Assembly (NCBI GenBank): GCA_965644295.1
Contig: CBFFRP010000129.1
Location: 42,598 to 106,597, forward strand
DNA from: Paraphysomonas bandaiensis
Taxonomy: Eukaryota; Protista; Chrysophyceae
Reading direction: 5' to 3'
Length of the DNA stretch: 64,000 nt
Below, piece by piece: positions 25,431-37,325 of the stretch. Every line of letters begins with the position of its first letter. Within the stretch, counting starts at the first letter, position 1. The notes below the pieces were generated by a model. It ran no database searches. It saw only the letters and a list, made by a program, of their open reading frames with translations, and was not told the origin of the DNA. Both the position numbers and the translations under genes were made by a program.

Positions 25431-28400
25431 TTATGATGAAGATGCTGGATGCACAACAGTTCTCCTATTAGAAGAAAAGTTGCGAAATAAGTGCCTGATG
25501 GCACAGAACGCTGGTTTAAAATAGGAGTAGCGGCAGCACTTTCGGGCCTGAAGAGTTTCTTGCATTCCTTCGAGCTCTATTAACACAGACTGAAGAATAT
25601 TATCCAGAGCGCCTTTCTCCAAACTGCCGTTGACGCCAGTAAGCTTTTCACTTACGATATCGCTTGCATTTAATACAATTGACATCAATTTTGATGTACC
25701 AGATCTTCCTGATACTTTATTCGCAGCCACTTTCAGGTATGGCATTGCATCCAATACCTCGTGCTGTTTCAAACTCTCCTCTGCGACTTTGCATGCCCAT
25801 GTAAAAGCAAGTTTTTGATGGGACTTTTCCCGACTCATCGTATAGTGGTAACAAATACTGGAGTAGGTTACTTATATCATATGATAGTAGTGATGGACCT
25901 ACCTGACACTGTAGTGAGACCAGTCAAGGGAGCACGACTTCTTTATAGCTTCTGCTATTTTGGCATGCAATATTTCCGCATCACTGAGTTTAAAATGATC
26001 ACAATACATAAAAAAAGAAAAAAAGAACCTTTTGGGAACCAAGTTGTAGACAAAAACACGAATCAACGTGCTTGCAAAGCTGTACACCCCGCTGTCCAAG
26101 ATAATCAAAAGACCACTTTCAGCAAGATATTCCAATGATGAATACAACTTTGAATAAGAATATTGGTCAAGAACATATTGTAACACCGGAAGAGGGAAAT
26201 GCTCTCCAATTACACTAGCAGTTCTTAATACTACACAATCAGATGGCGACAAATTCTCCATTAAGAAGGCAATGAGGGCATTATCCTTGCTTCTGCTGAC
26301 TGTCTCCTCAATATCACTGCCGTGACACTGCTTGAAATAGCTGATAAGCTTCCACAGCATGAAAGGGTTTCCATGAGATATATGACGAATATTGACAACA
26401 GTTTCTTGAGACACGTCTTTATTTAATTCATTTTGAAGAATTTTCTGTACCGTAGGAAAAGCAAGTGGCTTCATATGTAGCTTTAACAAGCAACGGCTGG
26501 GTATACTTTGACACATCATCAGATAATCTGCTACATGCCTACAGCGAACAACAAGCGGTTATAAATATCCTCACATATCAGTATATACGTACCTGACAGG
26601 AACAATCCGTTCATTTCGTTGATCCATTTTAGAAGTATAAGAGCGAGTTGAACCTCGCTCACTGGGGCTAATATCTCCTTTTCCTTTCACGAGTTGCAGT
26701 GTGTTCAATTGTAGATCATCAGAAAAAGTAGATAACGAGTTTTTGGCACGAAGTGTTAAAACTACGAAGGCTGAAGGCCAGTTGATCGAAAGGCGTGTTA
26801 CGATCTCCCACGTGCCAGAACACATGTTGTGCGCGTCATCAAGGCACAAGATTTTTATCACTTCACCAAACATATGAGTAAGAAGCAAAGGCATTACATC
26901 GTAGACAATCATGTCAGAGTAACCAAAACGTGCATCAGTGGTGTTATCATTCCATTCCCAGTCAAGTTGCAATGCTTGCTTGATAACAGAAAACATTGAA
27001 ATTGTATTTTCCGGAGAGGATAGCGTAGATATGGTTTGTTTTAAAAACTCTTTCTGCGACGCATAGTCGTCATGACCATAAAAAATATAGACTGCATTCA
27101 CAATTTTGCGGAGTGCACTATACAATGAATCATCCATATCGGTCAAGCGTACAAACACCGCACAAGAGGTAGTGTTTCGAGACGTTGGTGATTTAATGGA
27201 AGTAAAGCGATTCGAATATCGACGAATAATGTAATTAGCAGCTGCAGTTTTTCCTAATATATGTCATACCATGCTAATATTAAAAAACTTGCTTACCAGA
27301 GCCAGGAGATCCAGTGATTACAAGTACATTGGTTGGCGTAGGTGGTACGACTGATGGCTCATTAATTAAAGCCGCATCAGCATGTTCAAAACAGGGAACA
27401 TTTTTGGAGCGGTATTCATCTATCCTTGCTACCTCCCAAGAGCCATCAGATATTCCACTGCTGGTTTTCTTTTCGTCCAATGCATGCAGCACACGCCGAA
27501 TGTAGCTTTCGATTACCACTCGACTATCCGCTTGTACGTCGTGTGCATACCCAGGGGGGGGGGTGTTACTCGCGTAGCAGTGGTACTGAGTTGAATTCGG
27601 AATGCCTTTCATAAGTATCGATTCTGTAAGACAGGTACGGGATGCTATTTCTAGTGGAAGGCGGTCAAATGTCTCGCTATCCATTAATATCCGCCCGTTT
27701 GCTTTTGCCATTAGTCTGGCTGATAGATTTACACTCTTTCCAATCGCAACATATTCCCGCCTGTACTGAGGACCAACTACTCCACAAAACACGCTCCCGG
27801 TAGCTAGCCCTATAGAAGTTGAGCACATCAGCTTTTTAGCATCATTACGCATCAACACTGCGCAGCGGAGGGCTTTGGTACAGTTGGCAGCATGGGTGGC
27901 AGTGGGAACGCCCCACAGACCAATCAAGACACACCCCTTATCATCTATCAGGAATTGTCGTAACATCCCTCCACACTCGTCCAGACATCTCTGCATGGCG
28001 AGGAAGAATGGCTGCATATCCGAAACCATTACCATCTCTCTTGTACAGTACGAATCTAAACGCAGGAATAGCGTAGTCACTGTGCGAATTTCGGCAAGGT
28101 CGGAGAGTGTATCGGATGCAATAGCACGAAGTACGGGAAGAGGAACACAACCCAATATAACCTTTTCTGATGTTGACACTTTGTAGTCATCATCATGATT
28201 TTCTAATGAACCTTCAACAGTGCAGGCCTCAGAAGTCACACAAGGAGATCCTCCTATGCTCTACAATGAATCTTTCAGTGTAAGACAAATTTTAAGCAGA
28301 TCAGTAATGCACTACAACTATTGCATAAACAACACCTAATTAAGATCCCAACAAAGAAGATTTATAGAAGCAACAAAAGGAACACTACCTGCCAATTGAA

Positions 28401-29243
28401 ATTTGTCTTCGGAGTGTTAGAATCATACCAACCCAATGAATTTAGTTTTCTGCCTGTGATAAGCACATACTCAGCTTCTTCTTCAACAATACCAAGTGCA
28501 ACTCCTGTGAAGTCACTTTCCACAGTTCGATAAACATCTGTGGTGACTATACATTCCTGTTCATGTGCTTTGGCCAAACCTTCGCCTACAATATCCACAC
28601 ATTCTCCATTAACGAGAAAATCGTATTTACCATTGTGCCCTCCAAGTATTGCGAAGCACATTTTCCCATAAGATATTGCAACATGTATTCGTGTGTCTTG
28701 AATACTACATTTAAGCATCTGCAGGCCGCATTTGATTGCCTGTGAGCAAGCATGTGGTTTAGCACTTTCATCAGCAGAGGGGAATACGCATAACAAGGCA
28801 TCTCCAGCAAATGCAATAACTAAATAGAAAAAATCAACATTGAATTATTTCGACGAGAATTTCATACCTTCTCCACCATATTGATACACCAGCTGCACTA
28901 ATGTAGCAAAAGAGTTATCAATAAACAAACGCAGTTCGTCTATCCCATCAAGGCCTTTCGCACACAATGTACTGGACAACAAAGTGAATCCAGAGATATC
29001 AGCAATTAGGCAACAGCCATAAAAAAATTGACTTTTTTCAAGAGCTGATGTGGATAACTCCTTCAGACAAATAGGGAAAAATGAAAGACAGGCCTGAACC
29101 TTATTGGAATTAGATAGAAGCGAGTTAGTTAGGTCCTTGTTTCTTGCGGCGATGTAGTCATTCTCAACCTGATGGTGGTCTACACTTCGACGTGAGAGGC
29201 TATATGAATAAGACGATGATGGGTTAGCTGAGATCTCGTCCAT
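25431..29243 (-). CDS. Soluble adenylyl cyclase-like protein (two class III cyclase domains plus P-loop/STAND NTPase), multi-exon
   Basis: C1 'LIADISGFT...FAGDAL'; C2 'QFLIDDKG...GKSVNLSARLM'; Walker A 'GSPGSGK'; Walker B 'LCLDDAH'; 'SHGNPF'. This is ADCY10-like architecture. Confidence 0.88.
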
Positions 29244-29849
29244 GTCAATTGATATATCATGAGATAGGGATGGGTGTGGTACTTATAGCTACAGTATACT
29301 GCAGTGTGATTGTAATCATAAGTAGTTTTCACATACTTTACACTTTACTATATTACTTCCACTTCATCCAGATACAAGTGCGTCGAAAATCTAATTGGCT
29401 TGATTCCCCCCTTTTGCCCCTTCAATAAACCATACAAGTATATACCCTCCAGCCCCGCTGTATACCGTCCATACTCACGCACGTTGTGTAGAACTCCACA
29501 ACAGTAAATTTTGTTGGCCGTTTTTTTCTGGTATCGGATTTAGAGCAGTTACAAAGTGGATACCTAAAAATCACCGACATCTATGCTCTGACTCCTAGAT
29601 ATCAGGATATCTACACTTCATAGTGGTATTCAGTATTAAAAATCACATATTTTCATGAGGTGGATGTAAAAAAGTACAACTTTAGTCATGGCACTTTAAT
29701 TAACTATGTGAACAGTTGTCGTTGATTTAAGTTAAGCTAGACCTGCAGTTGTATGTGTACTCTGTTTTGGATGTGTGGTGTATTATATTGAGTTTATTAT
29801 ATCAGTCGTTACTTGAGTGTATAGTTCTCTATATTGTAGTGGGATAGAT

Positions 29850-31052
29850 ATGGGAGCGGGTCCTTCTACAGCAGGCTCTGACGAATATTTTGCATTCAAC
29901 GTCGTGAAGCGAGAGTATGAGCTGCTGAAGACATCCTTATCAGACTCTGAACTACACACTCATTTGGAAAAGCTGTTCGTATCGGCCAAAGCTGAATGTT
30001 CTGTGACTTCTTATTTAGAGTGCAGAGAACCGAGTTGCATTCTTGAGAAAATAGAGACGATGTCCCCAGATGATATGTCAAATTGTCGAGATCGTATTTT
30101 GGAGGCACTCAATGCGAGAGAGAAGGCTAAAGGGGCGCCTAAAGGAGAAGCGGACTATAGCAAAGGATTCTCAGGAACTGCTGCTGATACGAAAGCCGAA
30201 AAGGAGTTCGAAAAAATGATGCGTGAATCCGGTGGTGAATGTCCAGAGGAGAGTGATGAATATACGCTGTATCCAGCACTCCGCCCTCCCAACATACTTT
30301 ACCGGGAACAGGAGGCAGCTTTGCGGTCAGCAGGGTCTTGGTGTCGGTTCTTGGCTGCCAGTGGATGCTACATGTACTGTCACAGCCTAACTAGGGCGGT
30401 GGTGTCACTGCGTCCCGAAGACTATCAAGACGAGGAAGACAAAGATGTGACTGATAAGGCCGAAAATGAGGCGGATAAAGATCCAGCCAATGGTCTTCCG
30501 TCCTGTCATATTACAGAACTTCCGACCTTTCTCGAGCGCCTGCGGACAGAAGGAAATAAGAAAACTCCACTGCTGTTGGATGGAACAGATGGGTCTCAAA
30601 CTCTCACTTATTATTCTATGAAGGCAATGCTAGAAGACGTTAGTGGATTAGTTGTACCTTATGCAACCTCGGGAGTGAAACGATCGGATGTCATGGAGAG
30701 GTGTCGTTCTAGATTGGTCGGGGCTCTCAAGTCCGGATCCACGTTTGTCTTATACCTGGGAAGTATAACAGTTGAGCATGCAGATTTCAAAAAGAAACTT
30801 TGCAAAAAAGACGTATTTCCTTCAGAACTATTCCAGGAAAGCGGTGCCAAGCTCTTTGCTCCGAAGAGCAATCCCCGTTTTAAGCTACTGTACAGAGAAA
30901 GTGACATGGATGAAGGGACTGGGGACCCTGTGGCGAAGGAGGAGTTTAAGTTTATGTGTGTTTCAACACTTAACCCGTATGAATATCAGGAAAAGCTAGA
31001 AGATAGTCTTCCTCTGGGATATATGTATCCAGTATATGTGCATAACCTTTGA
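29850..31052 (+). CDS. Hypothetical protein with N-myristoylation-like start, WW-like segment and a C-terminal domain resembling the IQANK1 C-terminus
   Basis: MGAGPS start; 'W.RF....CYMYCHSLT..VSLRP'; 'TPLLLD...LVGALKSGSTFVLYL'. Single exon. The domain resemblance is from memory. Confidence 0.6.
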   Translation: MGAGPSTAGSDEYFAFNVVKREYELLKTSLSDSELHTHLEKLFVSAKAECSVTSYLECREPSCILEKIETMSPDDMSNCRDRILEALNAREKAKGAPKGEADYSKGFSGTAADTKAEKEFEKMMRESGGECPEESDEYTLYPALRPPNILYREQEAALRSAGSWCRFLAASGCYMYCHSLTRAVVSLRPEDYQDEEDKDVTDKAENEADKDPANGLPSCHITELPTFLERLRTEGNKKTPLLLDGTDGSQTLTYYSMKAMLEDVSGLVVPYATSGVKRSDVMERCRSRLVGALKSGSTFVLYLGSITVEHADFKKKLCKKDVFPSELFQESGAKLFAPKSNPRFKLLYRESDMDEGTGDPVAKEEFKFMCVSTLNPYEYQEKLEDSLPLGYMYPVYVHNL

Positions 31053-31867
31053 CATCGATAATTCTCGATAAGCATTATAACACTATGTCAGTTGCTCCAT
31101 ATTCGAGATGTAGCTGTAGATTGTAGATTGTGAGATGATTACATCCGTTTTAAACTACCACATATATAACATATAGTTTATAATGCACGAATACCAATTG
31201 TCGACAAAGATGGTCATCTATGTCATAAACAAGTGTAGTGGAGATAAAAGTAACTATATTCTACCGTGTAATCTGTAAACAATAAACAAATATCAAAAAA
31301 TGACTAAATACTGATACCATGATCACCATGTATGTCATAAAAACAATGCCAACTGCGCCATAAAATAAATATTAGGATCGCTCTCTCTTAGAGGGGGCGC
31401 GTCATATGAAGTCTGAAGACCTATATATATGATATAAATTATTTTATGATAAATATTGAAGACTACATAATTAAATTGTTTTGCTGCACTAGTTCTGACT
31501 CTTACACGCCTATTACTACTGTAGTAATAATATTATGAAGTTCACTACTGTGAGAAACAGACTGCTTCGAGTTGAGTTTAGGTTTCGGTGCCTGCCCATA
31601 TTCTTTCAACCTGAAGGTGTGATGAGTTCCATGCTTTACTGGAGAGGAACTTTAATGGCCGTAAGGCTTGAAGCCTTTTTTCACTTCATCAATACTTATG
31701 TTTCTACTCACTTCTGTCACTAGACTAGGTAGATTACAATCATTGTTTACACGATTGTGGCATTCTGCATGAAGTACATCACTAGCATAGTTTATTTCAC
31801 GATATTTTAGTTTCACAGACATATAGCTATTAGCTATATTATACAGTATTTGATTTAGCATTTCGGT

Positions 31868-33720
31868 TATATTGAAAGTCTTATTATTTAGCAATATGCG
31901 TTAAAAATCTGCACCAATGTAGTGGCTAGTTGAATGCTAGACAGACTATTTAGACCTCTACCCATATAACTAATCAGCACAAACTCTATTATCCTACTAT
32001 TTAGCGCTACAGAAGCTGCTTGTGCGTCGCCGCAAGCACCATGGTGCGACCACTTCCGTTCAAATGTTGATTGTGAGGTTCGCCATGATCGTGTGTCCGA
32101 GGACTCACTGGCGTGTGTGATCAGGGGTCTCCCCTTGAGATGAGGTTCCACCGGGCTCTTGAGGTACAGGGTTCTGTATTAAGGTCCTGAGTGTACCGAG
32201 TGCTAGATGTGTGAGGGGGTTCTTAGTATAGGGTAGTTTATCGGCGACTGCGATCTTGGATCATGAGCTTTGCTTCAGCGAGAAGCGCAGACCTTGAGGT
32301 GTCAGGGACTCATGGATGTGATCTCCAAAAATCTTCTCGGTTTGAGCAGTGGTGATGGTGCCTGTCCAGAATCTCTCCACCTGCGGGAAGGAGGGGTTCC
32401 AGGCCCTGCTGGAGAGCCGCTGTAGCGCATTGGTGGTCCAGTGGGGTAGATCCTGATCTCTCAGAACCTCTGGAAAGGCGTTTTTGTGGCTGTGAAAGGC
32501 AGTCTCTCCCGTATCTGGGTGATGGTGTCATTTGTGCAGTCTAGAGACATGTGCTTGAGTGAGTCTAGTCGAAATCCGCAGTCAGAACATGCAGCTTTGA
32601 CCAGAGGTCAAGACCTTGTTTGGTTTTAGCCCGGTTTCTCCCTATGCTGAAAGATTTGCCCCATGTCAATGCTGCATTGAGCACTCTCTGGCGTAGGTGT
32701 GAGCTATCTTTATCCTTTGATGGACCCCCATCCGCTTGTGCCAGTTTGCGCGGAAGTAGTGCCCCGCTGTCTGTCCAATATCCAGGCGCCCGTCATAGCA
32801 TTGATATCGAAGTTCAGTGTAGGTCTCCAGCATCCGTTGGCTGCGGAGGGATTGGAAGTCAGTGAGCAGGGGGCTTGTATGATGCGGCCGTCGTTCCCCG
32901 TATAGGTGCTAGTGCCATAAACCCGCCGTGAGTATTCGTTCAATGGCTTGGTCCACTTCGATTTCGCAGACAGTGTAATTTTGTCGTCCCAGTAGTCGGT
33001 CAACTTCAAGCCAGTCCTCTCCGGCTATTTCGTCTGCAATGTAAATGCCTTTGTCTTCATATGTCCATTCAGATTCATCCGTGGTACGTCATTCAGGAGG
33101 GTGTGATCGGACCCAGCAGGCTACATTCCGCTTTCAAGCAGTACACCTTTGGCGCGATATCCTAGGGCCCGACGTCTGGTGGAAAGTGCCTCGTCAGTGC
33201 GGATGCATACGGCTTTACAGTCTGTGTTGATCGGTATGTGCGCAGGGAGTCGCGCAGAGAGTAAAAGTGCCATTGCAGCTCCCATGAGTCCGGAACGTTT
33301 CTAAAGGGTGTCTCTAAACGCAGCATCCTCCGGGGGGAGCCAGACAGCTACCGCTCCTCCGTGATGTGTCCATCTCTTGTGCGCGGGTTTACATGCGTAA
33401 GGCGGTGTGGGGAAAGAGCTCCGGGCGTGTATGATCCGTCTGTGAAGATTGCTTGGTAAGTATCAGGGTCGACCTCGTCGAGTCCTAAGGTGCGTATAAT
33501 GTTAGTCAGGGTATATGTGCATCTTGAGGTTTAGGTGGCTCGGGCTGTTAGAGTGTGAGGCCGACCTCGGTACCCCATTCCCTTAGGCTTAAGACAAAGT
33601 GGTGGTAGTTTGGGTGCGGAGTAATTGACTGTGTTAGGAGGCAGTGCGCCGCTTGACCGGCCTCCCCATCTAGGGTCATGGTGCGCTGTAGAGAGCCTCA
33701 TTGCATTTTGGTTGCGTCTT
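31868..33720 (-). mobile_element. 5'-truncated, frameshifted LINE (RNase H + CCHC + 3' UTR), copy C
   Basis: RNase H motifs 'IFTDGSYT' (~33427-33450), 'INTDCKAV', 'VRSH', 'GIYIADEIA' (~33025-33050); CCHC 'CSDCGFRLDSLKHMSLDC' at 32536-32589; shared 3' tail. Confidence 0.85.
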
Positions 33721-33852
33721 CACATTGTATTTTCCGAATAATACAGTTATATATTAGGGGAACATACATATTTCACCAACGGTCACTGAAGGTTGGTCCT
33801 GATTACATAGGATTGCACGTTTCACATGAACGATGCTAGATCCATACGTGGG

Positions 33853-34361
33853 CATATTGAAAGTCTTTTTTTTAGCAATAGGCATTAAAACCCTGCACCA
33901 ACTTAGCAGCTAGATGAATGCTAGACAAACTAGTTAGACTTCTACCTGTAACTAATCAGTACACACTTTTTTATCCTACTATTAACGCTACGAAAGCTGC
34001 TTGTGCGTCGCCGCAAGCACCAAGATGCAACCACTTCCGTTCTGACTTCTTAAGGTGAACATCCCGGATGCTTGACTTCAGCAGACAGCCCAATACCCCG
34101 GTTACCCTTCAGGTGAACCCTGTCCCGGATTCCCTTGAGATGGGCCCATTCCTGGATGCCTGTTAATTCGCCAGGGCCCAAAGACGTCTACACAAGTGAC
34201 ACTTATTGATGTCCCTTGTACCACACAAGCGTTCGGCTATGAGTGGGCAGAACATTATCTGCTGACTATGCTTGCGGCTCACGTTAGTTTCCCAGAGAGA
34301 ATCTCTCCGGTACTTTTTCCCCAGAACACCACGAAACGGTGCGAGCCCGACTTTGTTGAGG
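33853..34361 (-). mobile_element. Full-length short non-autonomous retroelement, copy D, with 10-bp TSD
   Basis: catacgtggg at 33843-33852 and 34363-34372; structured 5' head joined directly to the LINE 3' UTR. Confidence 0.9.
34276..34361 (-). ncRNA. Putative HDV-like self-cleaving ribozyme fold at the element 5' end
   Basis: Sense sequence: CCTCAAC AAAGTCG GGCTCGC ACC GTTTCGT GGT GTTCTGG GG AAAA AGTAC CGGAGAG ATT CTCTCTG GGAAA CTAA C GTGAGCC. This follows the order P1-P2-P3-L3-P3'-P1'-GG-P4-J4/2(CUAA)-P2'. P1 has two mismatches. Confidence 0.65.
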
Positions 34362-34684
34362 ACATACGTGGGTTATAAGAAATAATATGAGTTATAATGT
34401 TATTTAAACTGCCAGTACATAACCTTACTTTCAGAGTAACTGTGAATGTAACCAAAGCAAGGGAATACATCTCCAGATATTCAGCAGGTTTCAATTTGAG
34501 TAATGTCAACAGTATGTCATAGAACTCAGTAATGAAAAACTAGTACTCTATATTCGAAAATTTCTGACTATGATATATATTCTAATGTGAAATAAAAACA
34601 CATCGTAAACACCAACTCTATGGTATTGTCGTTGTGAAAGACATGTCTCGAAGACAAGTCGCAAATGTTGTTGCCACAAAATTC

Positions 34685-36761
34685 TCAATAAAACCGAACT
34701 GCCTTCTTCGATAAAACCATCATTGCAGTTGACCTGAACACCAGGAATATACCAAAAAGAATTAAGATATATACCCACCATAAGCTAGGGTCAATGTCAT
34801 TTCGCTCTTTCACATTGTGACAGTTCTCGGCAGCATCCGGATCATTGTTGCAGGAATCTCTGTGAGATGCAAACTCGTTGATGATAATTAAATTGACGCC
34901 ATACTTGAGGCCACATACGTACTGTGCCCATCGTAACCAGCGAGGAATTTGAGATGTCCTAATAAAAAACCCGGAGAATAGAATCTGAGGAACTAAAGTA
35001 AGTGGTGACAGCTCTGAGGCCTGCTTCGGGTTGTGCACAACGCAGCCCAGAAGGATAGCAATGGAGCTTGCAGTTACGCCTGTAGCAAAAGTACACCCAG
35101 CAAGTGCAATAAAGTCCCCTTGTAAACCGGCTAGGTTATAAAGGATAGTCATCTGAATAATGCACTGAAGCGCAACCATAGGAATTTCGAGACATAGCTT
35201 GCCAATGGTGTAGGCAAATATGCCGTAAGTACCGGTTGCGTACTCCCGCAAAAATATTGGGCGCTCGTTAGGGAACTCCAGCAAAGCGGGTTGAGCGGTT
35301 CCGAACATGGCATTAATAGACACCATTGTTACTACACCATAGTGAGCTGCGGGATAACAATAAGAGTGATACAAAGACTTAAATGATGATAGCACCTAAG
35401 AAGTTGTCTTCATTTGCGTCATTCTTGTCCCCAACATTCAGGAATATGAAGCCGAATATAATGCTCAGAATGATGGTTACGCCATACCGACCAACTAATG
35501 CAGGAACGTTTCTCCTAGTATTTAGTGCTTCACGCCAGAGAATCCACTGCAACTGGACAAACAACCCAGCTTTCACAGCCAAAACAACCTCAGTATCGCT
35601 TCCCGATCGATTCCTTGGAGATGTCATTTCCTGGTGATTCTGAGCGTCATCACTCCCGTTACTCGGGGAGTTGGAACGTATCTGCAACAACCCGTCTCTC
35701 TCTAGTACTTCAATGGTTTCCGTCTGTGATACGTACATTACAAAATCAGCAGGGTTGTAGTCCCCTGGACAGCGGTATCCAAACCCCTCGAAATGCTTTA
35801 CTATGCCGCTAACTGATCCCTGGTAAAGAACACGCCCTGAAACGAGAAATAATGCCTGGTCAAAGAGGTGGAATACTTCCGAAGATGGCTGATGGATGGT
35901 ACAAAGGATAGTGGCATTGCTTGCTGCAAGTTGCCGCATTAGTTGAATCAGTTGGTAGGCTGTGTAGGAGTCCAGTCCACTGCATGGAAATAAATACCCC
36001 AGTTAATTGCACTACAAAAAAGAAACGCGTAATTACCTAGTCGGCTCATCCAGCAGAAGCAAAGATGGCTTGGAGATTAGCTCAATACCCACACTAGTCC
36101 GCTTTCGCTGCCCTCCCGATATTCCCTTTATTAATGCATTGCCGATAACAGTATCGGCACACTCGAGGATACCCAGAGCAGCTAGAATCTGGTCTACAAG
36201 ATCGTTCCTGGAAGCAGTTGACTGTTTTTCCAATCGAAGGGCAGCTGAAAAACGTAATGCCTCTCTAGGGGTGGCAGTGGCCATCAGTGCATCGTCCTGC
36301 ATTACATACGCCAGGTTCCGTCGAAACTGTACTGGATCTACGCTGACACCATCAACCACAACTTTTCCAGTAACCACAACATCTCCTGCCGTTGCAGAAC
36401 GGCCAGCAAGTACATTAAGAAGAGATGATTTGCCTAATAAAATATGAAACGGTATGTGATATAAACGAAATTCCGTACCACTTCCACTCGGCCCTAGAAT
36501 AGCACAGACATTTGAGCTTTTCACTGATCCCCAGCAATCAGTCAATACTTTAGTCTTATTCTTCACAACGAAGTTAATATCACTCCATGATATATCCTGC
36601 TTCTTCCGTGTATCAAACATAGATATATTGTTGGTTCGTGGTGTTCCTGGTGTTCCTGATGTCTCTTCCTTTGATGAGACGAGTTCATAATCTTTAGTTG
36701 AGATCTCATCGTTGGGACCACTTTCAGCGGAGTGTTTTGCCTCATTCGATACCAGTTGCAT
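34685..36761 (-). CDS. ABCG (White-like) half transporter, multi-exon
   Basis: Walker A GPSGSG|KS, signature ISGGQRKR, Walker B LLLDEPT, 'CTIHQPS', 'NPADF', 'ERPIFLRE', then an ABC2 membrane domain. Confidence 0.93.
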
Positions 36762-37325
36762 GGTAATCACCAGCCTTCAGATAGGATAAATAGTTATATT
36801 CACCTTGCTGGGTACTGCTCGATCAACATGTAGCCATACATGTACATCTTCTTCTCTCCTCTACATACACACACCATCATACTGGAGGAGCAAGCCAATC
36901 ACATGATCTAGATGTATGTCTTCGACTGGAGTATAGTGTATGTATCCTGAAAATACAGCGATATAGGAATTCCTACGAAGTCAGAGGGAGTTTTTTGGGA
37001 ATATGGACTCCAACAGGCAGGGATTAAAAAAAAACGGTATCTATAGATATTCATGACTTGCTCCAAAATATCGGATTATTTGCACTACAAAGTTGTACAA
37101 AAACAACACAGACCACTTCAGCTGTATACAAAATGGAAGATCTACGAGATGTTGTAAATAGCTATTCATGAAGCGCTTGTACAGTGGCAGTATGTGTGCT
37201 TAGGAAAACAGACTAATCAATCTGTAATTCTTGGTACTTAGTTCTTTCAGAGTTTTGAAGCATCATATTATTTGTGCTTTTAAATAGGCCCCACAAATTT
37301 ATAGTCCAAATAATCCTATACAGCA

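Noticed and set aside
33853-34361. tRNA-, 5S- or 7SL-derived SINE head
   Set aside because: No Pol III A/B box or cloverleaf seen; the HDV-like topology fits better.
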